From Prochlorococcaceae cyanobacterium (GTDB lineage Bacteria; Cyanobacteriota; Cyanobacteriia; PCC-6307; Cyanobiaceae), in NCBI GenBank assembly GCA_044356735.1, contig JBIKVR010000001.1, positions 145-64,144 of the forward strand: DNA of 64,000 bases. The letters are read 5' to 3'. The notes under the pieces are model-generated. The model did not search any database. It saw only the letters and a list, made by a program, of their open reading frames with translations, and was not told the DNA's origin. Shown one piece after another: positions 49,273 through 58,926 of this stretch. The position numbers were made by a program, and so were the translations under genes. Each line of letters starts with the position of its first letter. Positions within the stretch are counted from its first letter, which is position 1.

Positions 49273-49554
49273 ATGAAACGTCTTGATCTGATTCTCAGCG
49301 AACGCGAACTAGACAGCATCCTCAAGGTGATAGATGCCGCCGGTGCGCCTGGCTATTCGGTAATCAAGCACGTTACCGGCAGGGGCCCCCATGGGGCGGT
49401 TTCCGATTCGATGGACTTCAGCGGCCTAGGCGCCAATGCCCACGTGATCGTATTTTGCAAACCCGAAATCCTGCCAGCCATCCGAGAAAAGGTGCAGCCG
49501 CTGCTCGATTACTACGGTGGTGTGGCCTTTGTTAGCGATGCTGAGCCGCTATAA
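49273..49554 (+). CDS. sbtB: PII-like signalling protein SbtB
   Basis: 93 aa. MKRLDLILSERELDSILKVIDAAGAPGYSVIKHVTGRGPHG... Lies immediately downstream of sbtA. Confidence 0.85.
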   Translation: MKRLDLILSERELDSILKVIDAAGAPGYSVIKHVTGRGPHGAVSDSMDFSGLGANAHVIVFCKPEILPAIREKVQPLLDYYGGVAFVSDAEPL

Positions 49555-49662
49555 GCCGAGCAGCTGTGATCCGAGCCGCTGTAAATGATTAGGCCCAGAG
49601 CCAACAGCATTGCAATCACCCTGACACTGGGCCAGCGTTTTTATTCAATGCCGCTGGCGGCC

Positions 49663-50100
49663 CTACTGGGCCAGCATTGCCTGCAGCGCATCAATCAAAC
49701 CAGTGATCGCCGAACTAGCGGCGGCGGCATCGGCTTTGGTGCCGGCCGCGAAGCTGCCGATCACGGCGTTGGCGGCCTTCTCGATAGCGGGCCAGCTGTC
49801 GCCAGCCAGGGGCTGGATCAGCGGGGCCGCCTTGGCCCAGAGGGGTTGGAAGCCAGCCATGCTGGCGGCGGCGGTGGCCCAGTTGCCCGCCTTCAGTTGA
49901 GCCTTACCTTGCTGGAGCAGCTCGAGTAAAGGAGCCAGGGCTGGCGCCAGGGCCGCCCGGGCAGCATCTTGGGCCGCGATCTTGGCGGATTCAGTTACAC
50001 CGTTGACGGCATTTTGGCCGATGGAGCAGCCGCTGAGGCCCAGGGCGGCGGTGGCGGCCACCAGGGCCATGCTGGCGCTGAGCAGGCGTGGGATCCGCAT
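49663..50100 (-). CDS. Putative lipoprotein (hypothetical)
   Basis: MRIPRLLSASMALVAATAALGLSGCS is a lipobox-type signal peptide, followed by an Ala-rich helical body. No family recognised. Confidence 0.5.
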   Translation of the reverse strand: MRIPRLLSASMALVAATAALGLSGCSIGQNAVNGVTESAKIAAQDAARAALAPALAPLLELLQQGKAQLKAGNWATAAASMAGFQPLWAKAAPLIQPLAGDSWPAIEKAANAVIGSFAAGTKADAAAASSAITGLIDALQAMLAQ

Positions 50101-50223
50101 GGGAGCAGAGGGGAGGATCTCCCCCAAAGCCTATGCAGCCAAGCGCTGGTTGGGGTTTTTTACAGATTTTCGCAAGCCTTGTTAGCCAAGGGCGGCCAGG
50201 GATGCCGGCCTTGGCCCTGGGGC

Positions 50224-52866
50224 TCACACTCCCGCCAGCACCTGCGCCTCCGCCTCGGCGCTCACCACCCGGCCCTGCTCCTCAAAACCCTCGATCTGAT
50301 CGAAGTTGAGGTAGCGATAAAGCCGTTCGCCGTTGGGGTCGATCTTGGCGGCGGCGATCGCCAGGTATTGCTGCTTGGAGGGAATACGCCCCAGCTGGGC
50401 GCAGACAGCCGCCAGTTCGGCGCTGCCCAGATACACCTGGGCGCCATTACCGAGGCGATTATTAAAATTACGGGTGCTGGTGGAAAACACGCTGGTGTTG
50501 TCCTCAACCCGCGCCTGGTTGCCCATGCACAGGGAACAGCCAGGCATCTCCATGCGACTGCCAGCCGCCTCAAAGATGGCGTAGTAACCCTCCTCCTTGA
50601 GCTTCTGCTCATCCATGCGGGTGGGCGGGCACACCCACAGCCGCGCCTGATTGGCCCCCTGGCCCTCCAAAACGGTGGCGGCGGCGCGGTAGTGGCCGAT
50701 GTTGGTCATACAGGAGCCGATGAACACCTCATCGATCCGCTCACCGGCCACATCGCTTAGCAGTTTTACGTTGTCTGGATCATTGGGGCAGGCCAGGATC
50801 GGTTCGGTGAGCTGATCGAGGTCAATCTCGATCACAGCGGCATACTCTGCATCGGCGTCAGCCTCCATCAGCACTGGCTTATCCAGCCAGGCCTGCATCG
50901 CCTTGATGCGGCGGGCCAGGGTGCGGGCATCGCTGTAACCACGGGCGATCATGTTTTTCATCAGCGCCACATTGCTGCGCAGGTATTCACTCACCGTTTC
51001 CACCGAAAGCTTGATCGTGCTGCCGGCGCAACTGCGCTCGGCGGTGGCGTCGGTGAGTTCAAAAGCCTGCTCAAGTTTGAGATCTGGCAAGCCTTCTATC
51101 TCCATGATCCGGCCAGAGAAGATATTCTTTTTGTTCGCTTTTTCCACCGTGAGCAGCCCCTGCTGAATTGCCACATAGGGGATGGCATTCACCACATCCC
51201 GCAGGGTGACGCCGGGTTGCAGTGCACCGGAAAAGCGCACCAGCACCGATTCGGGCATGTCCAGGGGCATGGCGCCGATGGCCGCCGCGAAGGCCACCAG
51301 GCCGGAGCCGGCCGGGAAGGAGATGCCGAGCGGAAAGCGGGTGTGGCTATCGCCGCCGGTGCCAACGGTATCGGGCAGCAGCAGGCGATTCAGCCAGCTG
51401 TGAATGATGCCATCGCCGGGCCGCAGGGCTACGCCACCGCGGGAGCTGATGAAATCGGGCAGTTCGACGTGGGTTTTGAGATCCACCGGCTTGGGGTAGG
51501 CGGCGGTGTGACAGAAGCTCTGCATCACCAGATCGGCCGAGAAGCCAAGGCAGGCCAGTTCCTTCATCTCATCGCGGGTCATCGGCCCGGTGGTGTCCTG
51601 GCTGCCAACGGTGGTCATCAAGGGCTCGCAGCTGCTGCCGGGGCGCACGCCGACCAGGCCGCAGGCCTTGCCCACCATCTTCTGGGCCAGGGTGTAGCCC
51701 TTGCCGCTGTCGGCGGGGGCGACGGGACGGATGAACAGCTCGCTGGCCGGTAGACCCAGCTGGGCGCGCACCTTGTCGGTGAGGGAGCGGCCAATCAACA
51801 GAGGAATGCGGCCGCCGGCGCGCACCTCATCGGCGATGGTGCTGGGCTTGAGCTGGAACCGGGCCAGGATTTCACCGGCGCCGGGCTGGCCGGCGGCTCG
51901 CTCGATCGTGCCGGCATAGGGGCGAATGGTGATTACATCGCCGGAAGCCAAGGCCGAAACGTCGCATTCAACCGGCAGGGCGCCAGAATCTTCCGCCGTA
52001 TTAAAAAAGATCGGCGCAATTTTGCCACCGAGGATCACCCCGCCGCTGCGCTTATTCGGCACATGGGGAATATCGCTGCCGATATGCCATAGCACCGAAT
52101 TGATCGCCGATTTACGCGAGCTGCCGGTACCCACCACATCGCCCACATAGGCCAGCGGATGGCCCTTTTGCTTCAGTTCAGCGATCAGGGCCAGGCCCGC
52201 CGGCATGCGGGTTTCCAGCATGGCGTTGGCATGCAGGGGAATATCGGGGCGGGTGGTGGCGTGGGTGGCGGGGGAGAGGTCGTCGGTGTTGGTTTCGCCC
52301 TCCACCTTGAACACCGTCACGGTGATCTCGGCTGGCAGTTCCGGCTTGGCGGTGAACCAGTCGGCGGCGGCCCAGCTGTCCACCACCCGCTGGGCGTAGG
52401 GGTTGGTGGCCGCCAGCTCGATCACGTCGTGGAAGGCGTCGTAGACCAGCAGCGTGCGGCTGAGGCCCGCTGCGGCCTGGCTGGCGATGGCGGCATCGCC
52501 GTGGGCCAGCAGGGCGATCAGGGCGGAGACGTTGTAGCCACCGATCATCGTGGCCAGCAGGTTTACGGCCTCCAATGGGCTCACCAGCGGACTGCTGACG
52601 GTGCCCTGGGCGATGGCGCTCAACCAGCCGGCCTTCACATAGGCGGCCTCATCCACCCCCGGCGGGATGCGCTCGCTGAGCAACTCCAACAAAAAGGCCT
52701 CCTCCCCGGCGGGGGGCTGCCGCAACAGCTCGGTGAGGGCCTGGGCCTGGGGGGCACTCAGGGGCAGGGGCGGCACCCCCAGGGCCTGGCGCTCGGCGGC
52801 GGCGGCCCGGTAGCTGGGCAGCAACTCAGCTGGGGCAAGGGGAGTGGCTAGGGGGGCGACGCTCAT
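50224..52866 (-). CDS. acnB: Aconitate hydratase 2 / 2-methylisocitrate dehydratase (AcnB)
   Basis: About 880 aa. The AcnB N-terminal HEAT-like domain ([25 protein letters not shown]) and the Fe-S ligand regions IGSCMTN and [13 protein letters not shown] use the ATG at 52866 (MSVAPL...); the ORF is open to 52935. Confidence 0.94.
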   Translation of the reverse strand: MSVAPLATPLAPAELLPSYRAAAAERQALGVPPLPLSAPQAQALTELLRQPPAGEEAFLLELLSERIPPGVDEAAYVKAGWLSAIAQGTVSSPLVSPLEAVNLLATMIGGYNVSALIALLAHGDAAIASQAAAGLSRTLLVYDAFHDVIELAATNPYAQRVVDSWAAADWFTAKPELPAEITVTVFKVEGETNTDDLSPATHATTRPDIPLHANAMLETRMPAGLALIAELKQKGHPLAYVGDVVGTGSSRKSAINSVLWHIGSDIPHVPNKRSGGVILGGKIAPIFFNTAEDSGALPVECDVSALASGDVITIRPYAGTIERAAGQPGAGEILARFQLKPSTIADEVRAGGRIPLLIGRSLTDKVRAQLGLPASELFIRPVAPADSGKGYTLAQKMVGKACGLVGVRPGSSCEPLMTTVGSQDTTGPMTRDEMKELACLGFSADLVMQSFCHTAAYPKPVDLKTHVELPDFISSRGGVALRPGDGIIHSWLNRLLLPDTVGTGGDSHTRFPLGISFPAGSGLVAFAAAIGAMPLDMPESVLVRFSGALQPGVTLRDVVNAIPYVAIQQGLLTVEKANKKNIFSGRIMEIEGLPDLKLEQAFELTDATAERSCAGSTIKLSVETVSEYLRSNVALMKNMIARGYSDARTLARRIKAMQAWLDKPVLMEADADAEYAAVIEIDLDQLTEPILACPNDPDNVKLLSDVAGERIDEVFIGSCMTNIGHYRAAATVLEGQGANQARLWVCPPTRMDEQKLKEEGYYAIFEAAGSRMEMPGCSLCMGNQARVEDNTSVFSTSTRNFNNRLGNGAQVYLGSAELAAVCAQLGRIPSKQQYLAIAAAKIDPNGERLYRYLNFDQIEGFEEQGRVVSAEAEAQVLAGV

Positions 52867-52998
52867 CTCGGGCTTGCCAGCGGTATTTGTCCCCATTTTC
52901 AGGGCTGGGGGAGCCAACTCCCGTGTAGATGGCAACGGTTGGAGCGAACAGCCGCCACTAAATGCTGGTGAGAGCTGGAGATGCCGGCGGCAGCATGA

Positions 52999-53298
52999 TC
53001 AGGGGGCCAGCTGCCGCCGATAGATCCGCTCCACTTCAGCCACCGCCTTGAGGATCGGGGCATCGAGGGAATCGATCCAATCCGCCACTCCCCGGGTCAG
53101 CCCCAGGCTGGAGCCCCCCCGGGAAGCTTCCAGGGTGCCGGAGAGGGCCTGCTGGCGCACGGCCAACAGCGCCGCCAGCAGCTGATCAACATCACTTGCC
53201 CGGGGGCCGGAAGACATGGCTCGGGCAATGGCCAGGGCTTCGTCAATGCGCTGGATCAGCTCAACGGGGGGTGACTGCATTTTGGTCGGGACAGACAA
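52999..53298 (-). CDS. Small all-helical hypothetical protein (candidate immunity partner of the upstream secreted protein)
   Basis: 99 aa. ...PVELIQRIDEALAIARAMSS...QLLAALLAVRQQALSG...ILKAVAEVERIYRRQL. Its 5' end overlaps the upstream ORF stop by 20-38 nt depending on which Met is used. Confidence 0.45.
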   Translation of the reverse strand: MSVPTKMQSPPVELIQRIDEALAIARAMSSGPRASDVDQLLAALLAVRQQALSGTLEASRGGSSLGLTRGVADWIDSLDAPILKAVAEVERIYRRQLAP

Positions 53299-53770
53299 AG
53301 GGGTTTACGGCCAGATCTGGGCCATCCACCCAGACAAAAGCGGTCTGGCTACGGATGTTGTCAATGTTCAGATAGGTCTGCTGACCACCACCCGGGTAAC
53401 AGGAGACAGGCGCCTGGGGGCCAGCAATTCCCTGGTAGATCACGGTGCCAGCCGGCAGGGTTACCGATAGCATTTTCTTGGCGCTGTTACCCCAAGCCTG
53501 ATTGAGCGCCAATCGCTTAATCACCGTAGTATTGAGATCGAACTGATCGGTGGTCAGGTAACGTCCTTGATTATACTTTGGATCACTGTAATAGCGAAAG
53601 AATGTCTGGGGCATCCTCAGGGTTGTTTTTATACACTTGGAATCGAGAAAGGTGGCGGCAATATCTGGCGGGAGCGGGCAAGCCGCCGCATCCTGAGCCC
53701 GTAGCGGCAAGGGCGCCAGGGCAAGACCTAGGCAGAAAAACTGGGCGGCACTCAGGGCGCGAAAGTTCAT
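53261..53770 (-). CDS. Secreted protein with TNT/DUF4237-like toxin-domain pattern
   Basis: Signal peptide MNFRALSAAQFFCLGLALAPLPLRAQDA. The body is FFRYYSDPKYNQGRYLTTDQF...RLALNQAW...VTLPAGTVIYQGIAGPQAPVSCYPGGGQQTYL. This resembles, from memory, the (Y/F)RY..x..GR(F/Y)L...LP.GT....G.......PGGGxQ layout of TNT-type NAD+ glycohydrolase domains. The region is lower in GC. Confidence 0.5.
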   Translation of the reverse strand: MNFRALSAAQFFCLGLALAPLPLRAQDAAACPLPPDIAATFLDSKCIKTTLRMPQTFFRYYSDPKYNQGRYLTTDQFDLNTTVIKRLALNQAWGNSAKKMLSVTLPAGTVIYQGIAGPQAPVSCYPGGGQQTYLNIDNIRSQTAFVWVDGPDLAVNPFVCPDQNAVTPR

Positions 53771-53975
53771 GGCGGCAATCAACCGAGCTGTGGTACGGGC
53801 GACCCAGGGCACAGCGGCCAACCAGATCGTGGCCAGAGACTATTAACGAGGCCACATCTTTTGAATTTCAGGATACAAACTGTTGCAGTGGCCAACGGCC
53901 TGATGCCAGCCTGCTCAAAGTTCAGTTACAGAGTGCAAGCGGACGCCGCAACTGCCGGATGCAACTGCCAGCCGC

Positions 53976-54407
53976 TCAATCTGCGGCTCCAGGCTTGGCG
54001 CCCCCGCAGTCCTGCCAGCTCTGCAACAGTCGCGCCAGCTCTGCTTTCATGGCGATGAGCTCTTGGATGCGCTCATCAATGGAGGCCACTTTAGTGGCGA
54101 TGCTGTCTTTCAATACGGAACAATTGCAGACCCCTGCCCGGCGTACTTCCAGGATTCGAGCCAATTCAGAGATTGATACATCCATCGCCCTAAGCGCACG
54201 GATGATCACCAGCTCGGCAAGGCTCTCTGCACTGAACAAGCGGTAGCCGCCCTCGGAACGACCAGTGGGCAGCAGCAGCCCCTGGTCGCAATAGAAGCGA
54301 ATCGTTTTCACCGAAAGGCCTGTGAGCTTGGCCACCTCACCGATACGAAAAACGGGAGCCTGGCCAGGCGAGCCAGATGGCTGGCGAGCCATCGGCAAAC
54401 ACTCCAT
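53976..54407 (-). CDS. MerR-family transcriptional regulator
   Basis: FRIGEVAKLTGLSVKTIRFYCDQGLLLPTGRSEGGYRLFSAESLAELVIIRALRAMDVSISEL is a MerR HTH plus coiled coil. The Cys pair CNC and the C-terminal Cys suggest a metal or redox sensor. Confidence 0.85.
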   Translation of the reverse strand: MECLPMARQPSGSPGQAPVFRIGEVAKLTGLSVKTIRFYCDQGLLLPTGRSEGGYRLFSAESLAELVIIRALRAMDVSISELARILEVRRAGVCNCSVLKDSIATKVASIDERIQELIAMKAELARLLQSWQDCGGAKPGAAD

Positions 54408-54638
54408 CTGATCAACACTCTCGAACTATAGGCAGTGCCGCGCAAAAGCCGTCAAACCCATGGGCAAGAACAATCCGCACAGCTGAAATTTCTTCACTTG
54501 ATCGATTTGCCTCACTTGATAGCGAACCGCTGAGCACCGGGAAGTGCAGAAAATGCCACGACACCCAGAGAAAGGTGAACAGAAACGCCATCCCTACAGC
54601 GGGGAGAAGGGATCGATTGGGGCAGCGAAATCAGATAT

Positions 54639-57515
54639 CTAACCCACAGGCTTTGCCGGTAACTTCCGGGTGATCCGCTGTAATTGGCGCGTTTCCAGGG
54701 CCAGCACCCGGCGGGCGAAATCGGGATCCTGCTCCAGGGTGGCGTCAAATGAATCCACCGGCACCGCCAGCACGCGGGTGCCAGCTGTCTCGGCCACGAT
54801 GGTGTTCTCTGAGGCGCTTTGGGTTAGCACCTCCAGTTCGTCGAGCACTTGACCCGGTTGCATCTGGCTGACCCGCAGCTGGTCGCCGCTGCGATCTTCC
54901 ACTCGGGCAGCCCCTTCGATCAGCAGCAGCAGCTCACGGCAGGTGTCCCCCGGCTCCGTGATCAAAGCTTCCGCCCCATAGACACGGATCTCGGCCCGTT
55001 CCGCCAACAGATCGAGGGTGTCGGCCCAGGTGCGGCGGAAAAAGTCGCTGGTGGCGAGCACCACGCGTTTTTCCAGTTCCGGCAGAGCCTCCAAAGCCAC
55101 TGGTCCCGCCAGTTTCAGCAGCCGCTCGGCTGTGGTCAGCACCCAGGCGGGCCGGCCGGCCTGGCTCAGATTTGCCCTCCAGGCCAAGCCCAGTTCAGGA
55201 TCCAGGCCGGCAGTCAGCACTACGGCCGCCGTGGCCACGGTGGGGTCGGGGTCCTGGGCCAGCCGCTCCAGATGCATCAGCGTCGCTTCCCTTGGCAGTG
55301 GGGGGCGGGAGTCTGCTGACCCCGCCGCCGAGCTGAGCAGCTGCTCCACCAGTTGGGCAGGAAGTTGGGCGGGCAGTTGGGCGGGCCAGGGTTGCCGCTC
55401 CAGCAGATTTGTCAGCGCCGGCAATGCCAGGGCCCGCAGCCGGGCCCGCAGCGGCTCGCGGGCCGGGTTGGTTTCCAGCTGGGGCAGGCAATCCAGGATC
55501 GCCCGCAACACCAGCTCCTGGCGATGCCGCAACCGGTCGTCGAGCAGGGCAACCAGCTGGGGCTGCTCCCGCAAGCAGGGTTGATGCAGGGCTTGCACCG
55601 CGGCGGTGAGCTCCCCCAGCCTGTCCAGCAGCAGCGCGGCTCTGCGAGCGGCCCCCTCGGCTGGAGACAGCTTCTCGCGGGCCTGGGCCTCCTCCAAGGG
55701 GCTGATCGAGTACTCACTGCCCAGGGCAGCCAACACCGCGGCCTCGCCACTTCCATCTCCACCTCCATCTCCATCTCCAGCGCCCCGGCCAGCGCCAGCG
55801 CCACCTCCCGCCCCTGTCCCGAGCTGACCCTGCAACCGCAGCAGCCGTTCCAGCGAGCGGCGGTATCCGCTGAGCCGAACCTGGTCCTCCAAGCTGCGGC
55901 GCCGTTCGGGATCCAGCAGGGTCGGATCCTCCACCCCCAGCTCCTCCAGCAGCTGGCGGTGCTCATCGTCTGAGATGCCCAGCTCCTGGCGCATGCGCCG
56001 CAACACCTCCAGGCTGCTGGCGGCATTTACATAGCCTTCCGCCAGGGCATCGCGCACCACTCCCTTATAGGCATCGTGTCGCTGCTCGTTACCAAATCCC
56101 GGCAAAATCCGGGCTAATACGTAAACCTCATCGGGGTTGAGATCCCCCAGGCTGCGGCCCTCAAGGAACCTTGCCACATCGAGGCCCAGCTTCTGCAGCT
56201 GGCGCCGGAACCGCTCCGCCAGATTCTCCCTGCCATAAAGAGCCGGATTGCGGTGCCAGTTGCGCACCAGCCACAGGGAGCTGGTGGCCACCAGGGCCAT
56301 ATCGAACAGGTATTGCAGCCAGGCCGGAGCCAATTGCAGCAGGGGCCTGCCCGCAAACAGAAAGAAGAAATTGAACACCAGGAAAGTTGCCGCCAGAAAC
56401 ACCCGGTGACGAATCAATGCCTTGTCTGGCTCAGCCCCCTGCCGCCGCACCCGGCGCCGCATCCAGGCCTCGATGGCCCTGCCGGCCAGCCAACCCAGCC
56501 AGGTGCAGAGCCCCAGTACCAGGGGCACGGCCACAATCCGGGGCAGATTGATCGCCTGGCCCCCCAGGTACAGGCCGGGGCTGAACAGCAGCGATAACTG
56601 ATCCGGTTGGCGCACCCAGGCACCGGAGAAGTAGTACTGCCAATTGCCGGCATAGAGATAGTAATAGAGGAAATAACCCACCACCAGGCCCACATAGCCG
56701 TAGCGCTCGAAAGCGAAGGCCGGCGTCTCGATGCGCGCCCAATACATGCGCTCGGAGTCGATATCTATGCAGGGTTGCTGGCAGGCCACGCAGGCGCTCT
56801 GCTCTTCGCCGTTGGCATCTGTGCTGCGACACATCGACTGGGTGATCGTTGTGGGGCTCAGATGGGCTCTGCTGCCCAGCAGCCCGGCCGGAGCCGAATA
56901 GATCGACTGCACCGGTGCCATCGGACAGAAGTATTGACACCAGGCCTTGCCGCCATATAACCAACCCACCGCGACTGCGGCGACGATCGTGAACAGCAGC
57001 CAAGCCGCCAACACCAGCCGGTCGGCATTGAAAAACAGGATTCGACCGCACAGCCCAACGTACAGCCAGCCGAACTGCAAGGCCGAGTAATGCTTAGCCA
57101 ACCAGGAATCGGGTGACACCCGGGCAAGTTGGCGGCGAAACTCGCCGGTTTTCGGGTTGCGCTTGGCGGTCTGTCGCTGCCAGCCGAGCGCCCTGGGGAT
57201 CTGGGAGATGAAGGAAAGGGGACAGATTCGCCGCCATAGTTCGTGGCCGAATACCAGCAGCACAAAAATGGCCGCCGGCACCACCGCACCCCAGAAAATT
57301 GTGGTGCCCAGGGGATAGGGCATCTCCACAAGACAGCGGCCCTGCACCTCCACGCAGGTGCCTGGAAGCCGCAGCGGACTCCAGGGGTGATCGGCTGCCG
57401 TGAAGCGAGCCGTGAATGGATCGAAGAACAGGGAGCCGATGATCAGCAACCAGCCGGTGGTGAGTAGCCATCTCAGCCAGTGCATTTGGATCTCGCTCAC
57501 CCGCGAGCCGGCCAT
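54639..57515 (-). CDS. Large multidomain membrane protein: NapH/4Fe-4S-like polytopic N-domain, helical middle, C-terminal cyclic-nucleotide-binding domain
   Basis: 958 aa. The N-terminus has RICPLSF, WCQYFCPMAP and CVACQQPCIDID within TM segments. There is a Gly/Asp-rich linker. The C-terminus ...GDTCRELLLLIEGAARVEDRSGDQLRVSQMQPGQVLDELEVL...TIVAETAGTRVLAVP is cNMP-binding (CAP-like). Confidence 0.8.
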   Translation of the reverse strand: MAGSRVSEIQMHWLRWLLTTGWLLIIGSLFFDPFTARFTAADHPWSPLRLPGTCVEVQGRCLVEMPYPLGTTIFWGAVVPAAIFVLLVFGHELWRRICPLSFISQIPRALGWQRQTAKRNPKTGEFRRQLARVSPDSWLAKHYSALQFGWLYVGLCGRILFFNADRLVLAAWLLFTIVAAVAVGWLYGGKAWCQYFCPMAPVQSIYSAPAGLLGSRAHLSPTTITQSMCRSTDANGEEQSACVACQQPCIDIDSERMYWARIETPAFAFERYGYVGLVVGYFLYYYLYAGNWQYYFSGAWVRQPDQLSLLFSPGLYLGGQAINLPRIVAVPLVLGLCTWLGWLAGRAIEAWMRRRVRRQGAEPDKALIRHRVFLAATFLVFNFFFLFAGRPLLQLAPAWLQYLFDMALVATSSLWLVRNWHRNPALYGRENLAERFRRQLQKLGLDVARFLEGRSLGDLNPDEVYVLARILPGFGNEQRHDAYKGVVRDALAEGYVNAASSLEVLRRMRQELGISDDEHRQLLEELGVEDPTLLDPERRRSLEDQVRLSGYRRSLERLLRLQGQLGTGAGGGAGAGRGAGDGDGGGDGSGEAAVLAALGSEYSISPLEEAQAREKLSPAEGAARRAALLLDRLGELTAAVQALHQPCLREQPQLVALLDDRLRHRQELVLRAILDCLPQLETNPAREPLRARLRALALPALTNLLERQPWPAQLPAQLPAQLVEQLLSSAAGSADSRPPLPREATLMHLERLAQDPDPTVATAAVVLTAGLDPELGLAWRANLSQAGRPAWVLTTAERLLKLAGPVALEALPELEKRVVLATSDFFRRTWADTLDLLAERAEIRVYGAEALITEPGDTCRELLLLIEGAARVEDRSGDQLRVSQMQPGQVLDELEVLTQSASENTIVAETAGTRVLAVPVDSFDATLEQDPDFARRVLALETRQLQRITRKLPAKPVG

Positions 57516-57649
57516 TTCCAGGATTCACAACAGGGCCGAAACACTAACCAGCCCCATCGGCCGCTAGGTAAAAAGCAGCTGCCTGAGCCCCCACCGGGGC
57601 GCCTTGGCTATGAAGTCACGCCGCTTTTAGGCAGAGATGCCGCGTACAG

Positions 57650-57862
57650 CGGTGCCGCCCTTGGGCGGTGGTGGCCCGGCTGAGTTCAAAACCGGGACCC
57701 TGGCCCCACAATGGAAGGGCGGTTCCAGCGGGTCATTCCCTGGAGGCAAGGAGGAAAATCCGGTGGGGTTGCAGGTTCGTCCTGAACCGATTCCGGCGCT
57801 GTCCCGCAGCTGTGATGGGGGTTCCGGCTCCCTCAGTCAGAACGCTCGCCGTGTTCCACCAA
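57650..57862 (+). promoter_or_regulatory. Cobalamin (B12) riboswitch in the hupE leader
   Basis: Contains AATGGAAGGGCGG, GGAAAATCCGGTGG, CCGGCGCTGTCCCGCAGCTGTGA (compare the conserved GCC.CTG.CCCGCAACTGTA core) and the B12 box AGTCAGAACGCTCGCC. It ends about 30 nt before the hupE ATG. The boundaries are approximate. Confidence 0.75.
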
Positions 57863-57892
57863 CCCATTGCCGGCGCGGACCGGATTGCCCCG

Positions 57893-58510
57893 ATGAACAA
57901 CTCTGTCTCCACCAGATCCCTGGCCCTGCTGGCCGGCTTCTCCTTGCTGGCCACCCTGCTGCTGGATCAACCGGCCCATGCCCATGGCATCGCCCAGGGC
58001 TTGGGCTTGGGCGGCGGCCTCGCCGGCTTCCTGCATCCGATCACCGGCGCCGACCACCTGCTGCTGCTGATCGGCGTGGGGGCGGCCGGCGCTTGCATCT
58101 CCCCCCAGCTGCTGCTCTGGGCGCTGGCCGGTGCCCTCGGCGGTGGGATCTACGGCGCAATCGGCGGCAGCCTGCCGGGCCAGGAGTTGCTGGCGGCCCT
58201 GGCGATCACGGCCCTGGCGGTGCTGGTGCTGCGCAGCCTGCAGCCAAAACAGAGCCCGCAATTGGGCTTCTGCGCCGCCCTGGTGGCCACGGCCGTGGCG
58301 GTGCACGCCATGCTCCACGGCCTGGAGGCCCCAGCCGATGCTGCCGCCGCCCTCTGGTGGCTGGGGGCCTTCGCGGGCTCAGCTCTGGTGAGCGGCGGCA
58401 GTTTCCTGTTGCTGCGGCGCCTGCCCCTGGCCTGGAACCGGGGCTTGGCCCTGCTGCTGGCCCTCTCCGGTGGGGTGGCGGCCCTGGCGCCGATCGGGCT
58501 GCTGCGCTGA
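57893..58510 (+). CDS. hupE: HupE/UreJ family metal (Ni/Co) transporter
   Basis: MNNSVSTRSLALLAGFSLLATLLLDQPAHAHG...GFLHPITGADHLLLLIGVGAAG... I use the internal ATG at 57893 of ORF 57668..58510; the upstream part covers the riboswitch. Confidence 0.85.
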   Translation: MNNSVSTRSLALLAGFSLLATLLLDQPAHAHGIAQGLGLGGGLAGFLHPITGADHLLLLIGVGAAGACISPQLLLWALAGALGGGIYGAIGGSLPGQELLAALAITALAVLVLRSLQPKQSPQLGFCAALVATAVAVHAMLHGLEAPADAAAALWWLGAFAGSALVSGGSFLLLRRLPLAWNRGLALLLALSGGVAALAPIGLLR

Positions 58511-58623
58511 CGCTGCAGTGGGGTGAGGGGACTGGCAGCGTCCGCATCAACGATCGGTTTCGGCTCTGCTTTCGCTGGAGCGACAGCGGCCCGGAAGACG
58601 TTGAAATCGTTGATTACCACTGA
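58510..58623 (+). pseudogene. higB: 5'-truncated higB toxin remnant (last ~37 codons only)
   Basis: The frame ending at TGA 58621-58623 reads ...LQWGEGTGSVRINDRFRLCFRWSDSGPEDVEIVDYH*. This matches the C-terminal third of HigB/plasmid-maintenance-killer proteins (...W.v.in..wRl.F.......v....DYH). The expected roughly 55 N-terminal residues are missing, and the remnant starts at the hupE stop codon. Confidence 0.7.
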
Positions 58624-58632
58624 AACCTACCC

Positions 58633-58926
58633 ATGCCCCGCATCGATCCCATCACCCCCGGTGAACTTTTCCAGGAGGAGTTCCTCGAACCCCTGGGCAT
58701 CAGTCAATACCGCCTGGCAAAAGCCATCGGCGTGCCCGCCTCCCGCATCAGCGAGATCATCACCGGCCAGCGGGCAATCACCGCCGATACCGATCTGCGC
58801 CTCTGCCGCGTTCTGGGTCTCAGTCCGGGGTACTGGTTGTGCGCCCAGGCCGCCCACGACACAGAGGTGGCCAGCGCCTTGCTGGAGGAAGAGCTGGAGC
58901 GCATCCAGCCGTTGGTGAGCTGCTAA
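58633..58926 (+). CDS. higA: HigA-family antitoxin (XRE HTH)
   Basis: MPRIDPITPGELFQEEFLEPLGISQYRLAKAIGVPASRISEIITGQRAITADTDLRLCRVLGLSPGYWL.AQAAHD is the canonical HigA pattern. Confidence 0.85.
   Translation: MPRIDPITPGELFQEEFLEPLGISQYRLAKAIGVPASRISEIITGQRAITADTDLRLCRVLGLSPGYWLCAQAAHDTEVASALLEEELERIQPLVSC

Noticed and set aside
54490-54525. Direct repeat TCACTTGAT x2 upstream of the merR-family gene as a MerR operator
   Set aside because: MerR operators are normally inverted repeats within a 19-20 bp spacer promoter. This is a direct repeat of 9 bp without a recognisable -35/-10 context.
57637-58623. 328-aa plus-strand ORF spanning the hupE leader and gene
   Set aside because: It lies in a different frame from the clear HupE reading and covers the cobalamin riboswitch. 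It is Arg/Pro/Gly-rich. Only its last ~37 codons are meaningful; they are the higB remnant, which I annotated separately.
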